Source: Eimeria praecox
Lineage: Eukaryota
DNA: 64,000 bases
Reading direction: 5' to 3'
Assembly (NCBI GenBank): GCA_963920595.1
Contig: OY986948.1
Span: forward strand, 3,410,001 to 3,474,000
Below, piece by piece: positions 41,150 to 54,714 of the stretch. How positions within the stretch are numbered: the stretch's first letter is position 1; each line of letters opens with the position of its first letter. The position numbers and the translations under genes are program-made. The notes under the pieces are model-generated. The model ran no database searches and was not told the origin of the DNA. It saw only the letters and a list, made by a program, of their open reading frames with translations.

Positions 41150-44100
41150 TTTCTTCTTTAATCGTCCTGAAACGTGGCGGGGGAAGACGGAGATACAGTA
41201 CACCTCACTGACGGCCTCTTAACTGCTGAATAACTTAAATACCAATTTCCTCGAAAAGCGCAGCCCTTATTCTTAGTTTGGCTGCCGGTTTACTCCTTTC
41301 CCGATCCTGTTCTCTTCCTGTTCGTCTCCTTCAGTCCCTGGAGAGGGCGTCTCCTCACTACTCGCGAGCTTCTATGGAAGCGGGTTAAGGGGAGGGTTCG
41401 AGCGAGGAATATAGTCAGGAATGTTGGAAGGTGTATACTCCGGCGTGCAGGCAGTTCTGTAAGAGGGTTTGCAGCTAGTTAGTTCTGACGCAGGAGTAGA
41501 CATGGCCCCCCCAAAACAGCAGACAGAGATGAGTTCTAGGCTGGAGTGCTCTTGCTCATTCGTCCGTTTCGGATTAAATGGAACCTGCTTGAGTTCCACA
41601 GCTGTCCATACACCTTAGAAACTTTAGGTCCTTCAATGAGGATAACCGATGAACAACAGCTGCGGGTAGATCGACGGGAAGAAGGGAGAGGCGGGAATGC
41701 TGCTGCACCTCCCGCCTGAGCTGAACTGCAATATCAGGGAATCAAACAATGAAAACTGCTCCACTCGGGATGAAATATGAAGGCAGAGAGGTGACTAATG
41801 GTATAAAAATCAATAAAGTTAAGTCAATCCAGGAGAGCCCCAGAAAGAGCCAGGGGGCGAGCAGCAGCCAACTACGGGAGAGGATCTTAACCCATGGCTA
41901 CGCAGCGCCTAAAGCCTATAAAATGAAGACAAACTACAAAAGGAAAGGGAAGGAGGGAGGAAGACGATACATACAGCACAGGCAAGCGCAGAAAGCACTC
42001 AAACAAGAGGAAGAACCCCAGAAGGGAAAAATTGGTCTAGCTGGGGGGGATAATGGGCAAGGCTTGTGAAATAAATGATGAAATATTTTACATATTTCGT
42101 AAATATGAACAACAAACGCTGAGATGTTCACGCCCTAGGCGGACTTCACCTCGGCAGCAGCCTCCGTTTCGAGTCTGCCTGCAGCGAGCCATTGCAGGGG
42201 TATTGACGGTATTTCTTTGACTATTTTAAATCATTTCAGCGCCTACGCTTTAATTTTAATCGTTATACCCCTCAACCAAATGCCTTCGCTGCGGTGTTTG
42301 TGTTACTTTATATGGGGAAGAGAAAAGAACGCCGAATTCCACACTGCGTCTGCTGTACCGACACGCCTTGAACATCCCCAGACCGCTGGAGTTGTTGATA
42401 ACTCATTCCTTGTGTATTTTACAGGTTATTAGAGGCATTTACTTCTCTTCGAGAAAGAAAGCTGGAATTAAAGAGACTCGAGTGCATTTTTCTGTCGGTG
42501 CTTCAGAGGCCCTTTGCGCCGTCGATTGTAGAACGTCACACGCCACAAAACATGACGGTTCTTTAACAAGATTGTGCACACTCGAAAGAATGCTGCAAAG
42601 ACACGCCAGCATCAGTCATTTATTATTAGTCATAATATTACTGCCCAAAGCGTTCAAATGACAATGAATGGGACTTTGCTGCGCTGCCGTTCTAAACGTG
42701 GCATTACGTTACCCCACTGCCACGCAGGTCCACTTTGCTTGCCTTCCTTGCCCTTTAACGCGCTTGGCAAGAGATAAATGCGTTCAACTTGTTGTTTGGC
42801 TCAAAGTTCACTTTGGCAGCAGTGGTGCAGCTTGCTGGAGCATTACATGCACCTCCCCGCCGCGACAACAGCGGGTGAGAGACCCTCAGGCAGGTAGGTG
42901 TTCAAGAGAGTGTTCAAGAGGGGGGTAATTTGCTTCCCTCTAGGAGCTAAGTACACTGAGCAAGGCAGCAGCAAACTGAAACATAGTAATATCTGATACG
43001 TATCTACCTACCCGTTCAGCTGGCTAGCTCCACAGCTAGCTACCTAGTCTGGTATGGTATAGCATGGTAGGCCCCAATGGCAGTTGCTCGTATTTTCTAC
43101 CCTGTGTGGGGGTCAGCACTTTCCAGCTTAAGCACTAACCTGCCGCTTTGCACCGTGAATTCCTTTGATTTCCTCACAGTTCGTGCTGGCACCTTACTCG
43201 GTTAGCCCTGCCCTCCCCACTGAAGCACCGCTCGTGGAGGTGGCGCTTCATCGCATATATCCTAACCCAGCAGCAGCATGCAGCCGATGCAACAGCGGCA
43301 GCTAGCTGGTGCAGCAACAACAGCTAGCTGAGGCAGCCGGAGATACCAGCAACAGCTAGCTGCAGCTGGATGCGTGCTTAGCGCTGTTGCCCAAACCGTG
43401 CAGCCCAGTGCTATTCGAAAAGGCGAAGAGATGAATTGATAGCAACACCGACCGCTAGGGCGGCTTACGCCAACGTTGTTGCTAGCAGACCAGCTCCCAC
43501 TTGAGCACCGAAAGCTACACATGCCGTAGCTTTCAAGACTTGTCTGCAACGTCATTTTGGCATACATCCCCAGGTACCAGTAGCACGGAACGAGAGAGAA
43601 GGACGGACATACAGAGCAGAGTGAGGTGACAGCAGAAATAGAGGGGCATTTCTTCCTCAATGGTAGTCATCGCCCTTTCAGCGGGGTAACAATTAACATG
43701 TGCAGATTCTGTCCCTCTCCATAGCAGTATTTCGTATGTTCGTCACCCCTGAAAGGGCATCTCCCCTACATGGCGTTATGCGTCCCCTTAACATTGTTGT
43801 TGTTTGTTGGCGGATTCGAGACAACCAGCCCGTACTGCCATCCGCCTCCCACCTTCCTTCCCCTTGATCAAGCAACAAAGAGTTGCACGCAGCAGCTTAA
43901 CGCGGCAGATACGCAGATCTAGGGGAGAAAGGCAGCAGCAGCACTTGCATCTGCAGCTGATGCTGTTGCTGTTGCTGCCGCCGAACAAACGCCGGCCAGC
44001 CCTCGCTGCCTATATCCCGTGCCCCAACACCATGCGGGGTTTGGTGGTTAGATAGAGCGATATCAAGCTGTGCAGTAGCAGAGGTCGTTGAGCATAAACA

Positions 44101-44163
44101 AAGACGAGCCCATCTCAGTAGGGTCCGCTTGCCTCAGACCTCCCTGTACACGTACACCTCGCT

Positions 44164-47100
44164 TTAGCTTTTGTTCAACATGTTGCGCAGCACGTAGTGA
44201 AGAGCGCCTCCATTTCTGAAATACTCCACCTCAACATCCGTATCGATGCGGCACTTGGTCTCAAAAGATTTGCCGCAGTCCGTGGACACCCGAATGATTG
44301 ATCCAGGTACAAGCGCCCCTCCGTTCAACGCTATGCTGAACCGTTCCCGCCCTGTGCAGCAGCACGAGCAGCAAAATGCGCATGTGAAATCCCACATCGC
44401 AGATATGAGAAGTAGAAACGGCATGGGTGCAAAAAAGAATCCCCATGCGCCTGAGGCATGCATGCGTGCATACACCTCATGAGATGGGGCAGAGAAATAC
44501 CTGTAAGGTTCAAAGTCTCCGCCGACTGCCCCTCCAGAAACTGCAGAGGCAAAATGCCCATACCCACTAGGTTGCTGCGGTGAATGCGTTCGAACGACTC
44601 CGCGATCACCGCCTTCACTCCTTGCAGATAAGGACCCCTAAAATACATAAAGATTTATACTTACACAAGATATTTATATAAATATAGAATAACAAACCTA
44701 AATACACACACATCAATCCCACTACGGCGGGGGGCAGGTTATGCTTTATCTATACACCAGAGTCCACGGCTTCACAGCTAACGGCGGATGCATATCTCCA
44801 CATCCTGCGAAATAAACCCCTAAATAAGGTTTATTTGGGGTTTGGCATTTGTGTTTGAAACCGCTTGAAGGGCACTTCCACCCAAACAATCTACGCCAGC
44901 CAGTCTTACTTAGCTGCCCAGTCTCTGGAACTCCCGCTGCCGTATTCTTTGCCCGCAAGGACAATCATGGGCTGTCCCTCTGCCCTGTATCGCTCCGCTA
45001 CTTGAGAGACTGGCAGAATTTCTCCCGAAGGCAGATGAACTGCCTTGGGGCCTGCTTTCGGGCACATCTTGTTCACCAAACGGATATTTGCAAACGTTCC
45101 CCGCACCATCACCTGCAGAAACAAATCCCCAAAATGCACAATATACCCCCCTAAAGCGCCGCAAACTAGAACAATTGCCTTTCCACCTGAAATGAAATAC
45201 AATGCTTCCCCAGTTCCCGCTCCCCCTTATTCCGCGTTTGAAATCTATTGCTTTTTTCACTGGCATATTCCTCTTCAACGGAACGCATGCTTACAAACGC
45301 ACGATATAGTACACAGCTTCCCAATACGCAATGGCGAAAGCAAAACGAAAAGTAGGACAATTCTACTGAAAGCGGCCTTACCTCGTCGTTGCCCCGACGG
45401 GAGCCGTAGGTGTTGAAGTCTTTGCGCTCTACGCCGCGGCTAAGAAGGTACTGGGCAGCGGGGGAGTCCTTGGCAATGTTGCCGGCGGGCGAAATGTGGT
45501 CCGTGGTTATCGAGTCGCCAACACTCAACAAACAATACGCAGAACGAATGTCCCGAATCACGGGCAGAGTCCGCTCCATCGTCTATAGCATAACCAAACA
45601 ACCACACACCTATGCAAATTCACATACAGATAACTTTCCCAGGCGTCCAGTCCACGAATATATATAACCTGTGGCATGCATAGGCGCATGCATACATATA
45701 TACGTGCGTATCTAGGTATAAGCAAACCAGCAAACGAACTGGCGGAAACCAAACAATCAGCCGAACAGAAAACAACCCAAAAGCATCTGGTGAAGATTAT
45801 TGACCGTTTTAAGGTGACTGCCTCACGTTCTCAACCAGCAAAAGGCAACCAAGCTGGCACATAGAGCATCTGCATGCAGCGCCACGTATGTGTCTGCTCA
45901 TCAACAATATAATGGCATTATCCTTGAAAAGAACTAAACCAGCAGCAACAGCAGACCTGGAAAAAGGGCGGGTTGTGGATGTAGGTAGAGTCTTCGCGCC
46001 AATCGTACAACACGGGGGAGCTGGACGTCTCCAGTGCCTTCCACTCTGGGGTGCCTTCTGTAATGGTGCTGTAGACGTTCTTGAACATCTCTGGGCCCAA
46101 ATACTGCTCAACAACTGGCTGAATTGCGCTGCAACACATAACCAACGCCAGCGGCAGCTGCACGCAATAACCCCTCCCCCTTTTCAGTTGTCTCCTCTGC
46201 ACTGCCTCCCGCTTGCCCACCACCAAACCAGCAGCCCCAGAGCACATCGGCCGGGCCGTAGCAGCAGCAGAATCTAATGAAGCATGTGTTGCAGCAGCAG
46301 AATTCACAAGAGAGTAATATGCTGCAGCAAGATTTGAACGAGGCAGCTTAAAAGCAGCAGTAAGACTTCAATGATGTAGCTTGGCAACAGCAGCAGAAGT
46401 GAGGCAGTTGGGCAGCGGCAGAACGATTTAGACGAGACTGTTCTACAGCAGCAGCAATATATGAATGGGGTAGCTGAGCAGTAGAAGGATTAAGAAGGCT
46501 GGTGAAGGACATTTGCAGGGATTAGCAGCGGACTCTCTCGTCGGCCAGATATCCCTTAGGAAGACAGGCTTTCCGTTGGGATCGGTTCCCAGGGGTTCAG
46601 TGTCGAAGTCGATGTCGATGCGACCAGCAAGTGCATAGGCAACAACCAGCGGGGGAGACGCAAGGTAAGCAGCCCGCGTGAGAGGATGTATGCGTCCCTC
46701 AAAGTTGCGGTTGCCCGAGAGGACGGAGGCGACGACCAGATCCCCTTCTGCAATTGCTTGAGTCACCTCAGGATCGAACTCGCCAGTGTTGCCAATGCAA
46801 GTCATGCAACCGTAACCGGCAAGATAGAACCCCAGCTGCTGCAGCGCATCGAGCAGCCCCGCCTTTTCCAGGTACTGCGAGACTGTCTTTGAACCAGGAG
46901 ACAAAGAGGTGACGATATAGGGGGCAACCTGCAAGCCCCTGGCCACCGCATTCTTCGCAAGCAGCCCTGCAGCGAAGATAACTCCGGGGTTGCTGGTGTT
47001 GGTGCACGAAGTGATCGCCGCTATGCACACGGATCCGTGTTTCAGTTCAAACTCTTTGCCTCGAAACTGAAAACGCACAGAGCGCCGTGTTTGCTCCTCC

Positions 47101-49476
47101 GAAAGCCCGAAACCCTTAAAACCCACCGGCTGCTGCAAACATAAACTGAAATCACGTTTCACCTCCGCCACCCCCACGCGGTCTTGTGGCCGCTTCGGCC
47201 CCGCCACACACGGTTGCACCGAACCCAAATCTAGCTCCAATACATCAGAATACGCTATGCGACACGATCCTGCAAGCCCCGCTGAACCACCCGAACTCTC
47301 TGATCCCGCACCACCAAACAGTTTGTTCATCTTAGTGTACTTCTCCACCAACTGCACGTGAGACTCCGGCCGACCCGTCATACGCAAATACAGCAGTGAC
47401 TGTTCGTCCACTGGGAAGAACCCGCAAGTTGCCCTGCACAAGCACAGACCGTAAACCCGTAGGAATCCTAAATCCTGAAAAACCCTAAACCCCAAAACCG
47501 CAGATCCCGAGTTGAGCTCCTCAAAGCATAGATCCAAAATACCCTAGCCTGAGGCATCCTGCAGCTTAAAACCCCCAACCCTACACCATAAAATCTCTGC
47601 ACCCTTTAGCAATCTCACAAGGGACCAAAGCCAGAAAGGATGCATTTCAATGCGATGTCTGGCAGCTCGTTTGAGCCATCTAGCATCAACCCGGCTGTAC
47701 TGACAACGTTGTCTACTGCAGTATGCACACACGCGCGCTGCTAGAGTGTACAGTCCGGGTTATTATGGCGTATTAAACAAACTATGCAGTGGCCCCGCAG
47801 CAGCTGCACGGGGCGGCAAAAGCCTGCTGCATTGTCCGTCCACAGAAGCCGCAGCTCATTAGACAAGCTCCAACTTTACTCAAACTTTCCTAAAGCAGCA
47901 GAAATGACTAACGAAGCACCTGTGAAGTAACCGTCTCAGCGAGAGGGGCCAGACACGCGGCGCAGTGCCCAGCACACCGTACAAATAGCAGACCCATTGA
48001 AAGAGCGCCGCCCACATGCATGCAGATCCATCCAAGGTGACTTAATTACAACTCATGTTCTTGATATCTGAACCGGATACTGTGGCGTGTTTCCCGCACC
48101 CGTATTCAGGAGCCATGTTCGACACGGTGGCTCTGTCTGCTAGGGAGAGGTGTCGAAGCCCAGGCCCGAAGAATTCAACGAATTTACCCACAACTCCTCT
48201 TTTTCTCAGCTTTTCCGTGAGCGTTAGCACGAGGTCGGTGGCTGTCACCATGGGGTGCAGCTGGCCGGTGAGGTGAATGCCAAGGACCTCCGGCAGGACC
48301 ATAGAGATGTGCTGGCCTAACATCACCGCTTCCGCCTCAATGCCCCCTACACCCCAACCTAACACCCCCAAGCCGTTCACCATCGTCGTATGCGAATCCG
48401 TACCCACCACTGAGTCTGGATAGAGCACCTCCAGGTTATTCTGATCATTGCTGCTGCTGCTGGTGGTGCTGGTGCTCCTGAAACTGCCCCGTTTGCGGCT
48501 CATCACGACGGAAGCCAAGAATTCCAGGTTCACCTGGTGCACGATCCCCGATCCCGGTGGCACGATGCGCATGTTGTCGAATGCTTTGCTGCCCCACTTG
48601 AGGAAGGCGAAGCGTTCTTTGTTTCGTTGCATTTCTTTCTCCAGATTCTTCTGCAATGCCGCATCCGACCGGCTGTAGTCCACTTGCACTGAATGATCCA
48701 CCACCAAGTCTACTGACACCAGCGGATTTATCAAACGAGGATCCCCTCCTAGGCGCTCCATTGCGTCGCGCATTGCAGCCAGATCCACTACTGCTGGCAC
48801 CCCCCTGCCCACAAACAAGCACGCAAGCAAGTCGCCACTGAACTAGCAAATCTATCAACGAAAGGATTAGTTGACAAACTGGCAAATGAAGCGAAAGACC
48901 AGCATTTGTTGCTCGTGTGAATCTGCTGCGTCTCGGTCTTCCCCCATTTTGACAAAAAAAACAGAGCCTGGTCTACACGCTGACGCTGCGCCGAGAACGA
49001 GCAAGAAGCACACCGACGGAAAACAAAATAAAAAGCACCAAACAGAACGGACAAGAAGACAAGGCAACCAAAGGAAGACACAAAACGGGAGAACAAACGA
49101 ACGAATAAAATGGAAACTATATTAAAAGGTTCGCCCGCTATCTGGCACAATGGCAGACGGACGTGAAATCCTGAAGAAGAACCCGAGCGGGTATAAAGGG
49201 AATTTCCTTCTGTGCTTTGCTCATCTTAGGCCAATCCAAAATCCGCTCCACGTCCTCCTCCGTCACTCTGCAACAGCCCCAGACGCAAAGCACACCTGCC
49301 TGCATGCCTGCATGCACGTGTATGTGCGCATGCAGGGGGGATTATGCATGCCTCAGCAGCTGTGACTGCTTTTGAAGATGTGCAAATCATACTGTGCACG
49401 CTATATCGGGGAATAGGCGTATTCAGTACAGAGGCAAACGGCCTGCTGATTCAAGTACAAGCACGTACTCAAAACC

Positions 49477-49535
<59 letters not shown>

Positions 49536-50048
49536 GGTACAGGCACTTGCTAAGGAAGAGAATCTCACCGAAGGCCGTCACAATTGCGGACGGCGGACTC
49601 CAACAAAACCCGCACAGAAAATGGTAGCGCCTCATAGCGCTCCCCCCCCAACGCTGCAGCACAGGACAGAGAATAATACAACATAAAAGAAAAATAAGCG
49701 CATCAACGCCCCCTGACAAGCACTGACACACAGATACATGCACGGACAGATACATCCGCAGTCCCTTGAGGGGTCCCCCTTCAACAGACAGATGAGGAGG
49801 GGCCCGCCGGGCTGTAATACAGCAGATCAACAGCAATGAATAACAGCAGGAGAACCTGTGAGGTCATAGTAGGCCTTTTGGACTCCCTCGAGTGTCTTCA
49901 GAACGCGTTGAAATGGCGCCCCCGGTTGGCCGCTGCTGAAAAGCCGAACGCTGCCAATGAAAGCTGGAGAAGAGAGCCTCCGTGAGCAGCCGCTGGAGAT
50001 GCCTCTGGGCCCCCGCGAACGCAGCGAGGCTGCCAGGAGCTGCCGCAT
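44164..50048 (-). CDS. ACO: Aconitate hydratase (AcnA/IRP type) with mitochondrial-type presequence, multi-exon
   Basis: [109 protein letters not shown]; Arg/Ser-rich N-terminus [12 protein letters not shown]. Confidence 0.97.
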
Positions 50049-50572
50049 GGTGCTGGTTCAGTCTCACTGGCAGCCGTCAGGCGCACTGGAAAAGAGGAGA
50101 GAGATAGGCCTCAAGAGATGCTACACAACTGCTTGAGTTTGGAATGACCATAACGCTGGGACCCCTCAAACGGTGCTTCCTGGTGTTTGAGGAGGGCGCG
50201 AAGGTGGTGTCTTCTGCGTTGTTGCTGCTCGCTGGTCCGTTGGTGCGGTGTGGTGGAACCGGAGGAGCTGTATGTGCAGCTTGAATGCGCTGGATTCAGA
50301 AGCACTCGTCGAAATGTTTAGTAAATGCTTGTGAAGGAGCTAGGGCAATCTATCTTTTTGCTCAGAGAGATAATGCTGCTGCGAGTGGCAGCCGCCGGTC
50401 CACCGCGGGGCTTCTGGAAGTGGCCAGGGGGCTGTATTTGGCTTTCATCTCTTGTTTTCGTGTGTTTTTATACGTTTCGTGTTCCATTTTTCAATAAGAA
50501 GTGTCCTAGTGCGTCTCAGAAGGAGTTTCAGTCCCGTTTTCCGTTGCCTTCCGCCATCTCCTTGACGCGAAT

Positions 50573-52251
50573 ATGGGGGGCGATGGCGGCTCCTTCTCAC
50601 ACCGCACCGAAATGGTGCGGACCAAAGGATTTAAATTTCTTAGGAACTTAGGAGGAATGGGATATACTCCAAATACCCAAATCAGAGTAGGCGATGAACG
50701 ATTTGGCAAGAACGAAAGCCGCGATTTGCGCACCTCTGCATGCGCTTTCTCACAGGTATGTACTCCTTCCATCTAGAATGATGAACATTTTAAAAGGAAT
50801 TATAGTTTATAAGGTATTATAAATGTCTGCTTTCCTTCCTGAACTGATTGGCTGCCCCAGGGGGGAGCGCCTCGCTGTTCCGGGGTCAGCATACACCCGA
50901 AGGGCGCGACACAAACTGCCGTCACAGTTTTGCTTTTGGAAACAAACTTATCTTTGTAATCGCCATTATTTTTGTATGCTATGGGCTGTGCTTGCGCTTG
51001 TGCTTTCTGTCCTTCTCTGCTCGCAGTTTTCTCTGTTCCTGTTCCAGTTGCGCGTGCATTGATGTTTTTCGCTCCCGTTGTTTTGTGATTATTCTTCAGG
51101 AGAAACTTCAACCCCCATTACTGGCCTGCCGGATTGGCCGTTTGTACAACAAAGAGGCGGTTATCAAGGCGCTGCTGGAGAAGGCTTTGCCCTCCCACAT
51201 GAGGCATGTGAAGTCGCTGAAGGACATGAAAGAGATGCAAGTTGAGGTCAGGGATTCGTGCAGACAGTCGCCTGATGTGCCTTTCTCTCCCCTATATCTT
51301 CACACATCCATGCATGCAAACGTTTTGTGCATGCATGCTTGTGGTGTGTCTTTTCCCTCTTCAAGGTATTGTAGAAGGGTTGTCATCTCCATTGAGCCCT
51401 GTTTCTGTCTTCGATGCGTTTGTGTCTGTGCATGCCTTCGTTTGTGCTGTTCTATTACTATTAATCATCATTGCCTCTGTTTGTTATTTTACGATGTTCA
51501 GATCAACCCAGCTACGGGATTCCCCATCTGCCCTATTACCCAATTGGACCTGTGCAGTGGCGTGCGTGCCTGCATCGTCTGGCCTTGCGGTTTCATCATT
51601 TCCAACAGAGCTTTAGAGGCAATGAAACCGAAGGTGCGCCTGGTGTTAACGGGGGTTTAGGGTTTAGGGTTTAGGTCCTATGCTTTTAGGGTTAAGGGTT
51701 CAGGGTTCGGGGTTTAGGTTATTGTGCCATCGTGTGTGCTTGTGCTTTACTCGCAGGATGGGGAAGCCAGCAAACAAGACATCAGCAGCAGCAACAGTGT
51801 AGACTGTGGGCGGCCAAGGATTCGGGGTTCGTTTGTATGCCCGATGTGCACTAAGGAACACGATGCAGCTGAAGACCTCATCCCACTGTCTCCAGATGAG
51901 GAGGAGGCATCTGTGCTGCTTGAGAAGGCCCTGAAACAGCAGCAGGCAAAGCAGGCAGCCAAGAAGAAGGCAAAAGCAGCTGCTACAGGGGCTGCCCCAG
52001 CCAGCAGCAGTGCCGGAGCGTCTTCGCCTTCTGAGACCAACGCGAAGGAAGAGGATGGGAAAACAGCGGCCCCTCAGTCCGAGAAGAAAACGACAAATGA
52101 ACCACAGAAAACATCTGAGAAAGGAGTTGATGAAACGCTGCTGCAGCGATTCCCAGCCCCCAAACGACTTAGAGATTGGGTGGTGGAGGCCGAGGCACCT
52201 ATCCCGATTCCGCATTCCACTAGTTCTAAGCAGAGGAAAGTCGCTGCTTAA
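50573..52251 (+). CDS. RTF2: Replication termination factor 2 (Rtf2 RING-like), 4 exons
   Basis: MGGDGGS start; CAFSQ|EKL..LLACRIGRLYNKEAVI; ICPIT..WPCG; CPMC..DLIPL. Confidence 0.88.
51651..51721 (+). repeat. Telomere-like (GGGTTTA)n degenerate heptamer array in an RTF2 intron
   Basis: ggggtttagggtttagggtttagg..tttagggttaagggttcagggttcggggtttaggttt; related tracts at about 14040, 19920, 38365 and 47452. Confidence 0.9.
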
Positions 52252-54297
52252 AGAGCGATTCAGCAACAGAGACTGCGTGGTGTATTGTCTCTGCGCACCT
52301 GCGTTTCGCGTTCGTAGGGCTGCATAAATTTTATGTTGATTACGTTCACAGTATGGTCGTTACACCTGCAAAAAATCGAAGGGTTTTTTTAGTATTATGG
52401 CGTATTGGCTTTAGGACGCAGAAAGCGTTCTCTGCATTTGACGAGGCAGCAGAAGCTGCAACGAACACAGGGCGGCTGAGTCGGGGTTTCTGCTTAGTGT
52501 GCTATCGCTATCAGGTTTATCGCGTTTGGTCAACAGTATGCCGCTTGAACAGAGGACATGAAGAAGTAATTTGTAGCTAAAGCCCTAAAGTGAATACAAT
52601 AATGCGCGAATGCCTTTAGACGTAGAAGCAAAGCAGTCAATCCCTTGTGATTGGGGAGCAGGCGGCTGTTCCGGGTGTATGTACAGCTGAAACTTGTCGT
52701 GGGCTGACTGCTCGTGTTTGCTCGCCAGTCGTGAAAGGTGGAACGGAATAGCAATTACAACCTTTTTCAGACTTTTTGTCGTCCTGTCGACGGCAAGCAA
52801 TGCCTAATTACTTCATTTTCCTCCTGCTTTCCACCTCAGCAACTGTTAAAGCATCGGGTTTCCACCTCGCCAGCCCCGCCGCCGCGAACGGAAGAAGCGC
52901 GAAGGAAATGCAGTGTTTGAATGCCAGTGGACAGACGGAAGATGGCCCCTACATTGCAGCTCAAGCGTACCTCGCGGGTGAACCTTTAAAACTAATTTTC
53001 TTTGTTTTTTGTCACGAAGACAGCAAATTGAAATATGTTGTCAGACATATCGGCAACCCTTAGAAAGGGGGATGCCGTCGACTGCAAACATGAGCAGCTG
53101 AGTGGAACAGATGCTTTTCAGGCAATGTTTTTTATGAATGAGAAGTAAGCAGCAAGGCAATTCCTCCTGATTATCCAGCTGTATTCAGCTGGGTGCAAAT
53201 ACCAAAGTGCAAATACTTGAACACAACCGAGATATGCCTTTACATACACAACCAGGAAACGGTTGTCATCGCAGGTCGAGCACTCCCTGGCGCTGTTAAG
53301 GGGCCGTTGGACGCGCGAAACTGCAGCAGGTTGGGCTCAGCATTTATTAATTTACAGTTGTTCACTGTGCATACACCTCATTCCGCGTGGTTGTAACAGA
53401 CCTTACTGTCTTGCTGAAGAGCATGCAGCGTAACGTCGACCGGGTGAGGCCTTCCACCCGCATGAGCTGCAAAAGCAGATTAAACTTAGCCTAATGCTCT
53501 AAAGATGATGGCAGCCAGGCCGCAAATCAGCCACCTTTGTCCTGTCGTTACACCCGAGATGTCGGGTCAAGTCGCCGACCTGCTACGGAAGGTGCTGCAC
53601 ATACACTTCAGCTGCCTCCCCCACCTTGTAGCACCACGGTCCGTTCCTGAGTGGGTGCAAGCAGCTGGTTAGCTAGCTAGTTAGCTACCTAGCCGCCCGC
53701 TGATTCGCTGGCTGGGGAGCGGCAGCCTGCAGCTGAACTACACGCCAAAATCGATTACTTTAGGGGCTGTTTAAGTTTGTAAAATTAAAAAAATTATCAC
53801 ACGTCTCCAGCACACAAAAACACTGGCTGTTGTTTCGCACCCTTATTAAAGAAGACGCATGCACGCACGCACACTATCATACGCATGCATGCATGGATGC
53901 ATGCATGTCTGTAGAGCAAAATAGGGCTTAGGCCTGAGGCTATTTGGATACTCAAGAACTACGCATCATCATTAACATCGCAGACGCCGCAGCGTCCGCC
54001 AAATAACAGACAAACATAAACAGCAGTCACCTAACGAGCATGAGCCAGGCACGGGCCTCTGCATGCGTTCTTCACATAATATATATAATATATATACATG
54101 AAACGTACATGCGCTGTATATTCTATATTACATATTATATACATGCAGAAGTGCAAGAGTCAGCCAAGGTTTGCGCCTACACTGCCTCCTTTTTACTGGG
54201 CTAGTGGCGTTTCCCTTAATTTCTGCTGCTGTTTAATATTTTGAACAGTTTTCTCTAACTTTGGCGTGGGCTGTTATGATATATCTATTAAATATTA

Positions 54298-54651
54298 TTA
54301 TTCCGCCGTCTTCTCCGGGGCAACTTTGCCCTGAGCCACAAGATCCGGGTGTACGCCTGTTCGAAGGAAACTGTCTGGATTTGCCTGCTGGCCATCTGCC
54401 GCCATGAAGGTGGCGTCATCCGTCATCGCCACACGACCCAAGACGCGTCCATCTGCTGCTCCTGCTATCCCCGCAGCTGTCTCCTGAGTGTACGTCAGCT
54501 TTGCCATGTGCCGCGGAGACGGAGAGAAACACGCCATCAACACCAACCACAACATCGTCACCAAACACCAAAATGCATTCTCACCAAATCTATCCTGACT
54601 ACATGTCGTACACTGCAACAGACACAATCACACAAACACACATAAACATCC

Positions 54652-54714
<63 letters not shown>

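Noticed and set aside
50049..50305. N-terminal signal extension of aconitase for dual apicoplast/mitochondrial targeting
   Set aside because: An acceptor-like site lies at about 50086 but an in-frame TGA precedes the ATG, so it looks like a 5'UTR intron; no extension is supported.
53865..53910. TGCATGCA tandem motifs as a novel element
   Set aside because: Well-known abundant apicomplexan/Eimeria octamer found throughout introns and intergenic DNA here.
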